Source of the DNA: Vicugna vicugna
Taxonomy: Eukaryota
Direction of reading: 5' to 3'
Length of the DNA stretch: 64,000 nt
Assembly (NCBI GenBank): GCA_013265495.1
Contig: MU058384.1
Span: forward strand, 3,891,239 to 3,955,238
This document shows positions 1 to 11,729 of this stretch, piece after piece (position 1 is the stretch's first letter; the number at the start of each line of letters is the position of its first letter). The notes under the pieces were generated by a model, which worked only from the letters and a program-made list of their open reading frames with translations, had not been told where the DNA came from and ran no database searches. Made by a program: the position numbers and the translations under genes.

Positions 1-3000
1 AACAAGTGCCTAACATAGCATCAGCATGAGGTGTTAAAATGATCATGGCCATGATTATTAAGCATTGGTAATGCATCACCATGGACCTACCCCGGCATGC
101 TAAAGTTCTCCCGTAAACAAACTTCTATTAAATTGTAAAGTCTCCATAATAAGAGAACCAAAATGAAATGCTGACTCAGGCCTAACCGCAGCTGTGGGGT
201 CACACGGCCCTTGGCTTGGCGCAGGCGTGGGCTCAGTGTCAGAGTGTCGGGCTCAGGTACGGGCCCTGGTGCTTTTCGCTGCACACTGACCTGTGAGATT
301 CATGGATTGTGTTGTGACTGAGTTGGACACCCATGCCAGCCCTTCTTGGCTATTTGTGTTTCATTTTTATGGTATTCAAAAGTGTTTTTTTAATACTCTA
401 TTACAGGTGTAAATTTTAAGTTCTTTCTTAAAATATTATTGCTATGGAGTTACTGCACTTTAAATCATAAAGATGGGCTTCTAGTCTTTTTAAACCACAA
501 AGGTGGACTTCCCAGGTCTATTATTTCTTTAACAAATCACCATCACTTCATTATGTTTCTTCAATATGTTTCTCTATGAGGAAAATAAGAGGAAGCGTAT
601 ACAACTGGCCTTCCTCAAGCTTTCATGAGAAAGTTTGGGGTTCCTCAAAGTGTATGTGTGAAATAGAAAATATCAGTACGCTATCTTTCTTATTTGTCAA
701 AGTTTCTTATTTGTTAAATTTTATAAGAGACTTTCTTAAATTGCAGAGGGCTCATGTACAAGGCCTAGCCTATATTTAGAGTGTGTGTATGAGAGAGAGA
801 CACACACAGGCGGATGGACATTTCTCCCTAAGAAAATACCTTGTTCACCTTGTAATTTAGATGTTTGTATCTTTAAAATTTAGTAACTTAGTAAATCTTA
901 AAATGTCACTTCCTCAAGTGGGTCCGGGCTTCAGATGTCTTCGATTGTCTTTGTATAGTAGATACAGTGGTGATTGATTGAATTAGGCTTTATGCCACTC
1001 TTAAAATATTAAAATTTGTATCATTCCTCAGTGAAAAATAAATTAATATTGAAAATAACAATATTATATACTAATTCACTTAACACTGGAATAAACCCAG
1101 AAATTTATTCTGCAACAGTGGCTTCTTCTCTCCTATCATCTCTGAGGACGCCATTGTGGTGTACATGAAAAGGTAAATACGTACGCTTTGTACAGTGACT
1201 TTGCATAAGTCCCAGGCAGAGTGTCAGGAAGTAACATACTAGTAGAGCAAATGGCTCTAACAGTGAAAGAAAGCATTATAATAAACTGAGAAAAGGGGAT
1301 GGAGCTATTTTCAGTCCAGGAGAGCTGTGAGAGGGCAAATGCCTTTGGACAGAAAAACCCATAATGTTATAATCCAATGAAACCTCGCAGGAAAGAACAG
1401 CAGTTTGGCATTTGTGATTGAATCCTTGATGGTCCAGTAGTTCCTAAAGTAATCAGCTTTGAGAACACCATTACATTTGTTTACAAACCGATCAGGTTTG
1501 ACACTTTCCTGCTACTAGCTGAGCCTAGAGAAAGAAAATGGTCCCCAACACCCACCAACTTGTGCAACACAAATCGAAACCTGATACTTGATTAGAACCA
1601 TGTGTCATTGCGAAAGCGGTCAAGGACTTGTTCAAGAAAGTTCTGGGAGAGAGGAGGAGCACAGAATGTCAGAAGGAAGGAGAAAAAGGCTATTCTAAAT
1701 CTGGCTACTGGTTCAGAAATAGGACTTGGCATGTGGCATTTCGACACCTGTGCACCTGTGAAATGGGTGTTCCAAACTTAGCTGTGAATTGTGCAGTGAC
1801 TTGCTGCTTTACAGAGCACATTGTTGTTTTCTGTTATTGACGTACCTATCCGGAAACACGTTCGTGGAACAATCTGCAGTATTGCAATTATTTTTAAAAC
1901 TAAACAGCTTTGCTTACGTAAACTGCCCTCTTTCTGTTTGTAAACAGATAGCAAGAACAAGGTCTTCTTCCAGTGAGCTGCGTGAACTCCAGCTCTGAGC
2001 TCTAAAGGGACATAGGTGCTTCTTGTTTTAGGGGTTTTAGGGCAGGTCTCTTCCTCTATGCGGAAACCAGATAGTACCATCTCCAGCAAAAAAAAAAAAA
2101 AAATAGAGAGGAGAGATTTTTTATTATGACTTTGATTCCTTCACTTCTGTATTACATGTGTCTGGACTAACCTTTGTTTGTTTTTTAAACACATCAAAGA
2201 TTTCAGTGCCCTTACGATAAAAGGAGGAATGGTCCATGTGTGGTGTTTCGGGAAGTTTGCCAAGTCTCCTTCGGCTTTGTAATCCTTCCTCAGTAGCCTG
2301 TCTATTTGCATGAGTTTCAAAGCAAGGGCTTAGAACACATATATGAAAGGTAAAAGGTTTTGGAGATGAGGTTTGGGGTGCCTTAAGTGTGCCTTAAGTC
2401 AATGTGTTCATCCTTCTGAGATGTTTCTTTCTGTATAAGAGCCCCCTAAAATCTCAGTGGCTCTAGGTCCGTCAAGCCTAAAGCTGTATTTATCAAAAAA
2501 CATACTGGGTTGCTGGTAGTATCTACTTGGAAATTAATGCTTCATATCTTTTTTAAAAAGCAATAATTGATGCGTTAGGGAAATTTTTTGATTAGCAGCT
2601 GCAAATTTTAAAAGCTGCCAGGCCTACTTCTTACCTGTATAATTTAGAATAGTGCTCTTAGTGTTCTAGTTGGTTGCTAACAATTACAGTGAATGTGCAA
2701 ATCCTTTTCAGTGTGGGCCTTCACTGAATGAAAATGACCAAACCTCAAACTCACCCACCGTGATTATATACTCCAGTGTTGCTGTTAGTCACTTCCTTCC
2801 TCTAGGTTGATTTCAGAACTGTGCCAAAGAATTATATAATTTTGTTTTGTCTGGGTTGGCTCTACTTAACAAATAAGCCGATAACTCTTGTAAAGTTCAG
2901 TACCTCAAGCCTCCGTGCACACTTTATCTTCTCATGAAAAACGTGTTTTATACCACACCACCCCCATCCACATATCTAGATACTATAGTTTCTTCTAATC

Positions 3001-3387
3001 AAAACGGTGGGAAGGATTTCTTTTTTAGCCTTCATACCTGTACTTTCCAGATGATTTCATGTGGAGACAGACTGCTTAGTTCTTATAATAATAAAAAGGA
3101 TTTAGCTTCGAAGCTAACCTGTATTGGATTCTCAGTGGGTGATCATTAGTGAAAATAAAGGGGAATTGGATAGGTCTACTCTGAGATGTCCTGGTCCCAG
3201 TTCATGAATATTATTTTAAATAGAACATTGCAGTATTGGGAAATGATTTGAGTAAACAGTATCCAGCCTGTGCAGTGAAGGTTATGACCCTTGCCACATA
3301 GACCTTTGACTGTCATGCTTTCCTTTGCAACGTGTTGATTTCTATGTGGGAATAGAGTGTCTTAATCTCTCTGGGGTCACTGACCAA

Positions 3388-3823
3388 GATGGTTTAATTT
3401 TATATGGCAGCCTGGCTAGGCTACAGTGCCCAGTTGTTCCATCAAAGACTAGAGTGTATGTTGCTGTGAAGGAATTTGCAGATATGGTTAACAGTTACAA
3501 TCCGTTGACTTTAAGTAAAGGAGATTACCCTGGATAACCTAGGGAGCCTCATCCGATCACTGAAGGCCTTAAGGGCAAAAACTGAGATTTCCCAGAAAAG
3601 GGGAATTTTGCCTCGGGGCTGTAACATAGAAATCAAGCCTGAGTTTTCAGCCTGCTGGCCCTCTTACAGTGTTGGGCTTGCCAGCCTCCACAATCACAGC
3701 AGCTATTTTTCCTTGAAATAAATCTCTTCATATATGTAAAATTTGTGTATTATATTTTTCTCCAGGAACATAGAACCAAAAATACTGTTAGTCCTGTGTC
3801 TCTGGAGAACCCTGACTGGTACA
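3388..3823 (+). mobile_element. MLT2-family (ERVL) solo LTR
   Basis: GATGGTTTAATTTTATATG...GACTTTAAGTAAAGGAGATTACCCT...CTCATCCGATCACTGAAGGCCTTAA...GAAATAAATCTC...TCTCTGGAGAACCCTGACTGGTACA. Confidence 0.85.
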
Positions 3824-5239
3824 CTGACCCTCAGAAAGAAAACCAAGAGTTCCCTGCAGAATTATGCAAAACATTTAGATTACTTTAGAGATAAAATTTT
3901 AATTATTAAGGTAAAAACCGGATATTAAACCTTTCTAAATTGAAAAATAAAACTTAATTGATGTCAGTTTTAATTTTAGAGATTTTTAGGAGAAAAAAAT
4001 TAGGAACAACAGCAAAGTAGCAAAGGACAGGATTAGGGGAAAGTCTCAATGCAGTCTGAAACACATTTGTGACCCAAAATAAATTGTGCCACTAAGAGGA
4101 AATCTATGTTTTATTCATCTTTATCCCCACTTCCCCAGAGTTTTTCCCATAGTAGGTTTTCACCGAGTTGTGGGCAGGTGAGAGAGGAGGGAAGTCTGTA
4201 AGCTGCAGGTGCAGAAATCAAAGCATGGTCCTCTTCCCGCCAGAACACCCACTGAGTGAGGCTTCCACTGTTTTCATTTAGCATTAAGTCTAAAACCTCT
4301 GGGGGGCATCAGTTGAATGAGTAAAACAATACAGCTGCAGAGCCGCCTACAAAATGAAGTCGTGTGGAGTATAAGTAAACGTGGAGATACGGTGACAATG
4401 AGGAAAAGGGCTGTCTGAGTCTCAGGCTTTTTCCCTCGACCTGACTGTCTTCCCCTGGGATATAACATGCGTTTCCATTTTTGTCAGATCATGGAATCAC
4501 AGGATCAGAAGAGATTCTGGAATCTAAAAATCCAGCCTGTACACAATGTGTGAATCCAACACATCATCCCAGATCAGTGTTTGTGCACAGCCATCCTCAG
4601 TGATGGAGAGCATGACTCTCATTACATTCCAGTAACTTCCAATCACCGGACCTCTCAGTCTATCTTCTCGAACTATACTAAAAATTAACCTTAATTCAGT
4701 TATTTTATTCCTCCAGAGTCTTACTTTCTTCAGAGAACATGTACTTTCTTTCAAATGATCCTCTTGTGTTATGGCCAAGAATCTTTATGATAAGTCCTAG
4801 GTTGCTGTCTTCTGAATGTGTTCTAATTTATCATCCTATTTGAAACATCTAGCTCAGACCATGTGATCTGAGGACCAGAAAATAAAGGCTTCTTCCTCTG
4901 AGTCAGCATGCTGGCCGTCTATCGATACCGCCCATGATGCTTTCAGGATTTTTACTGCCTCATCACACTGAAGTATAGTGAGCTTACTGTCTGAGCACCT
5001 CACTTCCTTGCATCTGCTGAAGCTGGGGTTGGTCTTCATTTCGTACACAGGCAGTTGTGCTTTTTTAAAGAAAAGAACAGGTGTTCATATTTATCACTAC
5101 TAAATCTTTTTAGCTACAGTCCGTTATATTGATCTGTCAAGATAATTTTGGTCCTGATTCTATCCGTCTGTCAGCTTTGTTTTATCTTCACATATAAAGC
5201 CCTTGTTCTCATCTGAATCCTTTGTAAAAACATTAACCA

Positions 5240-5640
5240 CCTTTCCTTCCCACTGCCCACTTCAGCTTTCACCTGGACTACTGCAGGGACTTAGTATCCA
5301 TGCTCACTCCCCTAAAATAAGTCTTCCACATGCCAGGGATGGCGGTTTAAAAAACAAACATGAGTAAATAAGTGATTCTCATATTCCTGTCTTTGTTTTC
5401 TACCCCTCCAGCCGCCCCTTGAGATCCGTTTTCTCCACCTGGACAAAGCTGTTATGTAACTAGTTTTTAAATCTCACTCCTCTCTTCCAACCCATCCAAG
5501 AGCAGCGGTCAGACTGGCCTGTCTGGATCACACGTTTAGTCATCAGCCCCCCCTCAGTGGCTCCCTTGCTTTTGTGTTGGCGGGAGAACATTATGTGATC
5601 TGGCTGCTGCCTGCCCTCTGACATTACCTACCACCACCTC
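5240..5640 (+). mobile_element. Degenerate LINE2 fragments
   Basis: TCACCTGGACTACTGCA and CTCAGTGGCTCCC L2-like motifs. Confidence 0.45.
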
Positions 5641-8124
5641 GTCTTGCATCCTTGACAGTTTACCACTCCTGAAGCAAGGCAAGGAACCAGTTTCTTAGTT
5701 TTCTTATCTTTCTAATGATGTGGCTCAAAAATTAAACTTCCAACTGCTCACAGACCAGTGGTGGATTAGCTAACTTTTAGAAACACTCCCTTGGGCATCT
5801 GATTCTTCTGTTGAATCCAGTGACTGATTTCTTCACGTCATTTTGAATCTGTAAGATTGGATGTCTAACCTAGTAATGGTGGGAAGACTTTCTATGCACA
5901 TTTTAACTTTTGTCAAGGAATTCAGAAGTCCATGTAATGTACCTTAATAAAGTATTATCACTGAGAATTATGAACAAGAGGGCCTAAAGGCATTCTAGCA
6001 CGTGCTGCTGGGTTAGAGTTTAATGTGGCATTTTATCATATTTGCAACTTAGCTAGTGATAGCTAATGCTTAGGAAAGGATTTCAAAGAAAAATTAGTAT
6101 CCCCATCTAACATTCAGGTAAATGAACCATCAGGGTTTTAAATTTGTCTGTGGCAGAGCAGATGTGGGAAGGTGGACTCTGCTCACACCATGAAGTGTTC
6201 ACCACGCAGCAGAGATTTATAGAAATGTTATAAAAGGCACGGCAGGGACTTAGTACTTCTTGGTTGGTGCCCCAGTGCTACCAGGGTAGTATTTACTATT
6301 TTTCTCACATGCCTATTAACAAAAGGTGGTAAAGAAGATCAAAGCAAACCTGCCCCTTTATTTTCCTTTCACAGGGTCAATCTGCCTTTGCGCAGTGTTT
6401 CTTTGTCCAGCAGCCTGTTAGAAGCTCTGCGTAAGGCTGCAGGGTGGCAGAGTGTTGTGCCTTTATTGCCACAGAAGCCTCCTGGAAGTGGCATCATTCT
6501 AGGAAACTATAAGGGAGCCCTTTAACTTCAAGAATGGGGATGGCAGAGGACCAGCGGGGACCCTTTGTTCCCCAGGGGCTGTTTGATTTTACGTCAACGT
6601 GTGCTGACTTTGTCCTTTTCAAACCATGTGAGTTTTTTTTCTTAATTACATTAAAATGTGCGTTTCTAAAACTCCTGCTAGTAGTACATTGCAGCTTTCT
6701 TTGGGGAGGTGGATTAAGTATTTAAAAGATTACTGAAGTCCAGCAGTTTTGATGGATTAATCATCTCCTCTAATATAGAAATGTGGAAAAGCACTTTGGC
6801 ACTCGTGGGCCCCGCTGAAAATAACTGACTTATGTATATATAGACCTGTAACTTACCAGTGACCAGCCATTCAACCCAGCAGTAATAATTTTTGTTTTCA
6901 GCTACAGTCCTTGGTGAGTACAAATCGGGCTCTTTCCCATTTCAGTAACGTTTTTGTAAAGCTCACTGGGCTTTTAAAAAGGAAAATCCAGGTATACTTT
7001 CTCACTGGTTAAGATTTCTCTTTGCAAGAGGATATTCTTAGACTCACTCAGGGGCTATGCTATTTTCCAATTTTACATCACAGAATAAAAGCTTAGGGAG
7101 CATAAATGTGAACAGAAGCCTGAAGGTATATGTGTATGCCTGTGTCTGCATGTGTTTAGTCTTTTACATAACATCGTGGCAGCTAGGCCCGAGTCACAAG
7201 CTGACTTTCCTGCAGATCAGCAAGTCTAACTGTTTCATGTTCATGGGTTGGAGCAAGGCCAGAGGTGCTGGGCAGCCAGGGTAGAATGACAAACGGACAT
7301 AAATCCATTATGTACTAAAGGGATGGGGGTGGGGTGGGAACAGCAGTTGCTCAGGGGCCTGTTGGCCTGTTTGGATGAGTGGTACCATTTTCCACCTATG
7401 ATTGCAAGTACATTTTATGGTCATTCTGGAAACATTTTTTTTCTCTGTACAAAAGCCGGTCTAGTCTAAAATCTACCCTTTTGCACTAGGCAGTGTCTCA
7501 TTTCTCTCAAGTTTGTTCAAAGTCTCCATTACTGCATCATTTACTATTTTAACAATTCGAGCAAAACAATTGCAAAACCTAATTGACTTGTGGAAGTCTA
7601 CATGGCCCAGTTCCCATGGGAACTGATTTAGGCTTGGGTATCGGCAGGCGACATGTGAGGACGGTTGTGCCACACTGGATTGAAAACACTTATTAGTGCT
7701 GGGGAACAGTAAAGGAGTTCAGAATTGTATTCCTTTTACTTCTGGGGATATTTAGATTTAAGGTCTCACTGTGTCCCTTTCCACATTTGCTTTTATTTTG
7801 GGTCAGAGTGTAACAAAGAGAAGACAATAGCCCCAAGCTCTGTGCCTACAGGGGTCAAGCCACAGTGTTGCGGAATTATATGACTTAACGATTATGCCCA
7901 TTAAAGGTTGGATTTGAGCCTTTAGGAAAGTAATCTCAAATGTATTTATATGTCTTAAATGACATTAAAAGTGTGTACTTTGTGGGACAAAATCCTTTAT
8001 TATGATTATTTGATCTTGAGCTGTTTGCTTCCCTGTGACTGGTCGCAGCTGTGACTGAGATGCAGCTAGTTGGTGTCGGAGTCAGGATTTACGGGTCAGC
8101 AGGATGAAAGCATCTTGGCTTTAG

Positions 8125-8290
8125 AGAGAATGGCCGGGGTGTGATCCTGACTCAGTGATTTAACTAGCTCTGAGACTTGAACCTCTCTGAGCCTCAGTTT
8201 CCTGATCTGTCAGGTGATAACGCCTCTCTCTCAGGGCTGTTGTAACCAACAAAGACAACATATCTAATGCCCTTGGCACAGTGTAGGACA
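8125..8290 (+). mobile_element. MIR SINE
   Basis: Core AACCTCTCTGAGCCTCAGTTTCCTGATCTGT...CAGGGCTGTTGT. Confidence 0.8.
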
Positions 8291-9107
8291 TGAAGCTGAG
8301 TGTGTTCCTCTCCTCGACCCCACTCTGCCTCATGGGTTGCATGATGGTAGCGACTTCTGACCTTTGGTAAGCTCTCACTAACCCCAATAAATGGTTTTAA
8401 GTATCATGTGCATTCTTTTTAAAACAGAGCAACCATTTTGGTGGTTTTCACATTTTGATATAAATCAGAGTTCTCTGGGAGACCCCTCAGACTGGAGCAT
8501 GAAAAATCCCATCTTTGTCCATGAGGGATAGCTGACTGAAGTTAGTAGAAGAGGAAAATCATTGATCACCTAGTGGGGTGGGCTCAGTGCTGGTCCTCTG
8601 TGTCCCACAGAGGCTGTCCTGTGACCTCGCTTCCCAGAACCTTCATTCTGCTGGGTGCCTTGAGCGCAAGCCACAGACCTCAAGCAGGACTCCTTCCTGA
8701 AATTCGTAATCTTGTCTGGACAAGTTAAATGCTAGCTAGCGTTTGCTTTGCTGTTTCATAAAATAATTGAGGCCATCCTTGAAAGCAGTGGACTGGACAG
8801 CTACTGCAGAGGTCATTTGAATTTGAGGGTGTACTTTGCTTTTCAAAAGCCACTCTTGGAAAGGTTTTTTGTTGTCCTCCTAGGACACCTCATAAATATT
8901 GTCACTTCACTTTTTTATTTGGAAAGTGGAGGAAAAGTTCTCTTTTTCTTTAGCTTTGTTTATTTTAGTAATACTTTTATTAAACTCAGTGGAGATGATC
9001 AAAGTTGTTAGTTTTATCTGGATGAGGAATATTTCTGAATGAAATCTGTCATTTGCCCAAGACATTGATTTTCATTTTCTCTGCTAAAAGGTAGTTTCAG
9101 CTATACT

Positions 9108-9110
<3 letters not shown>

Positions 9111-9160
<50 letters not shown>
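9111..9160. repeat. (TG)25 microsatellite
   Basis: Perfect dinucleotide run. Confidence 0.99.
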
Positions 9161-9162
<2 letters not shown>

Positions 9163-9914
9163 GCTTTTGTAAACACAAGCTTGATTCTCTGGAAGTAGAA
9201 GAAACTAGATTGGAAAATATTTTCACAGATGTTTGTGATATTTATTTTTCTTTAATCAGATGATCAGTAGATAGGAAATAATTCTTTAATTCAGAAAAAA
9301 TTTACCAATTACAGAAAATAATGGAAGTACATTGACCAATTTGTATCCGCTGTTATTTCAAGGCACAGATCCTCCCTCTCCTTTTCTCTCCATGTCTTGC
9401 CAGCTCCATAGAAGTTGGAGAAGTGGGCTCTGGTATTCTAAACCCTGTATGCCAAGTATCTGCTGTAGGAGAAGCACAGCAGTAGGAAGAAGGGAATCCG
9501 AGCTTTCATTGTAAACTTGCTGCCAACTCACATTTGACTCAGCTTCCTTGCATGTAAAATAATACTGATTCACATATTTCCATTCCTTTGTTCCAAATGC
9601 CTATGTCACAGGCTAACATGATTTTAGTAAATAAACTCCATATCTGAAATGTCCTACATGTCTCAAAGCCACAAATCTAAACGCAGTAACTTATTAAATT
9701 CCCTAGGCTATGGAGGAAGAGATTTCTGAAGATTTACCTTTTTTTTTTCCAGCATGATTTGCTAAACATTTAGGACACTTCCAGCATGGAGCTGGGTAAT
9801 GAGTAGATAAAAAACAGAAGTGTTCCTTGATGGAGTTGACAGTTGAACTGGAAACGTCTTGAAAATTACAAAACAAAAATGGACTAGTTACAACAATGTA
9901 TTACAATCAAAGCA

Positions 9915-10060
9915 GCTGGTATTTACTAAGCACTGCTTACCGCTAGTGCAACACTCATTTAATCCTCACCCCTAATCCCGATATATGATGTCATAGACCC
10001 AATTTTACAGAGAAAACTGAGGCACCAAAAGGTTAGTGAGTTGTCTTAAGTTACTCTGCC
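9915..10060 (-). mobile_element. MIR SINE
   Basis: AACTCATTTAATCCTCAC...ATTTTACAGAGAAAACTGAGGCAC. Confidence 0.8.
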
Positions 10061-10599
10061 ATGCAAAGGATTTAGAGAGGATATTTTCCTTGCCTTGGAG
10101 TCCCTGGGTCCCCTCTTGGATAAGTAAGTTTAAGGACTGAAGAAACAGTCTGGGGTGGGAGGATCGCTTTGGACTTTTAAGCAGACTTGAATTTGATTAA
10201 AAGGCAAAAACAAAAAGTACAAAGATTATTTTCTTAATTTGGAGGTTGACATTTTAAAATGTCATTTATTGTATCTTTAATATTTTTTTTGGCAAACAGC
10301 ATAAATTTCAGGCAGCCTAGAAACAAAGTCTTAAAGTGAGAAAGCTTATTTCAGGAGAAAACAATAATCACATGATTGTGTGCTTTGGAGAAAACAGTCC
10401 AAAGAAGAACTAAAATTGGGTCAAGTGTTGAGAATTGCTCAGCACTGCCGGTAGTGAATTGTCCAGAGTGGTGGGAATTGGAGTTTGCTGGATATAATCA
10501 AGGCAGGTTTTTTCCTGTTGGAGAATCGTAGTGTCTCACTTGTGCCTTTTTGTCCAAATTGTGGGTTTCTGTGAGAAGAGGCACAGTCCTCCCTCTGCC

Positions 10600-11596
10600 T
10601 GTCTTCACTGGAGGGTCTCAGGTGCGTGGCCACTCTGGTCCTTGTGACAGGTGCTGCTAAATAAGCCTGTGTTTCTACAGATTCTGGGGTTGTAAGGATG
10701 TCAGGAAAACTGGATGTGTTACTGAGTGTGAAGTGAGCTGTAGGGTACCGGCCGTGCCTTCCTCCAGGGACTCCCAAACATTGTTACAATGGAAAAGCTG
10801 GCCCCCAGAAGAAGAAAAAGCCTTCCAGCCTTGAGCCCCTTTCTTCCTACTGGGGAATCCGCTGCTGCCTGTGCAAGCAAAACTACGTTTCTCCTCCCAT
10901 CCTGCTGCTCCTGCCACTGAAAGCAAGAGGGAGCTGCCCAGGGGATGGGCTGCCTCGCCTCCCACTGTAACACTCTGCTGGCAAGTTCCCAGGACCAGCA
11001 TCCCGGCAGACTGGCTGCTGCTTCTCCACCAGGGAGATGGAGCCGCTCCCAGCCCTCCTTGATTAGGATATGTCAGGGTTGTCAGGGCAACTGTCAACGG
11101 AACGGCAGCATATCCTATTTTCCCCTCCGAGCTGTGGGCTGAATATTTTACTGTGCGGCAGCAGGAAGAAGACTGGGGAAAGGTGCCGCATCACGAAGGA
11201 GAAGCTGGGATCTAATTGAGCAGGTTAGGCAGTGGAGGGAAGCATCTGACCCTGCGTGCCTTTCATAGGGCATTTCTGGAAGGAGAGAGCGTGTGTGTGC
11301 GCGCGTGTGTGCGCATGGGAGCGCAAGAGCTTGAGCCAGCACACGTGCCTGTGAGGAGTAAGTGGGAGGGGGCTTGCAGGGGAGGGGGTGCTGCTAGGTG
11401 AGGGGGAACTGCAGGGCCTCAGTTGCCAAGAGGCTGGTAGTATCTGTCAGCTGTTTGCACACTGTTTACCCATAGGAGATCTATTACAAGTGCTCAAATG
11501 AACCGGCAGCTTGGGAACTAGCAGCTTCCTGGGAGCTGCAATTATATAAGCATATATTTTTAATATAATAATAATTAAAAAACAAGCAGCAGCGGT
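10600..11596 (+). promoter_or_regulatory. Internal promoter / 5' UTR region of the alternative MAP7 exon
   Basis: No recognisable repeats and locally GC-richer, directly upstream of an ATG-initiated exon. Contains CACGTG (11342-11347), CAGCTG E-box near 11448, forkhead-like TGTTTAC (11463-11469), TATA-like TTATATAA (11542-11549), alternating purine-pyrimidine tract and G-tracts. Confidence 0.6.
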
Positions 11597-11729
11597 ATGC
11601 CTGGATCAGCTACAGCTCTCCGACAAGAGAGGCTGAAGAAGACCAATGCAAGGCCAGTCCCCCTTGGTTTATTCACCATTAATGAGGAAGATGAACAGCA
11701 AAAGAATGGAAATTCCAGAAGACCGAAAG
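11597..11729 (+). CDS. MAP7: Alternative first coding exon of MAP7 (ensconsin/E-MAP-115), 44 aa + 1 nt
   Basis: ATG at 11597 with G at -3 and an in-frame TAA at 11576-11578. Translates MPGSATALRQERLKKTNARPVPLGLFTINEEDEQQKNGNSRRPK and ends at donor AAG|GTATGC (phase 1). Matches from memory the alternative N-terminus of human MAP7, which joins to APDSYKVQ in exon 2; the terminal G fits the Ala codon. Not database-verified. Confidence 0.85.

Noticed and set aside
1918..2080. Minus-strand exon after the T17 tract
   Set aside because: Acceptor would be a rare GAG and there is no other support.
10656..10666. MEF2 site suggesting a muscle promoter
   Set aside because: GCTAAATAAGC does not fit YTA(A/T)4TAR; tissue specificity cannot be inferred.
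10675..11097. Longest ORF (140 aa, minus strand)
   Set aside because: Non-ATG start and no recognisable homology; explained by higher GC content of the promoter region.
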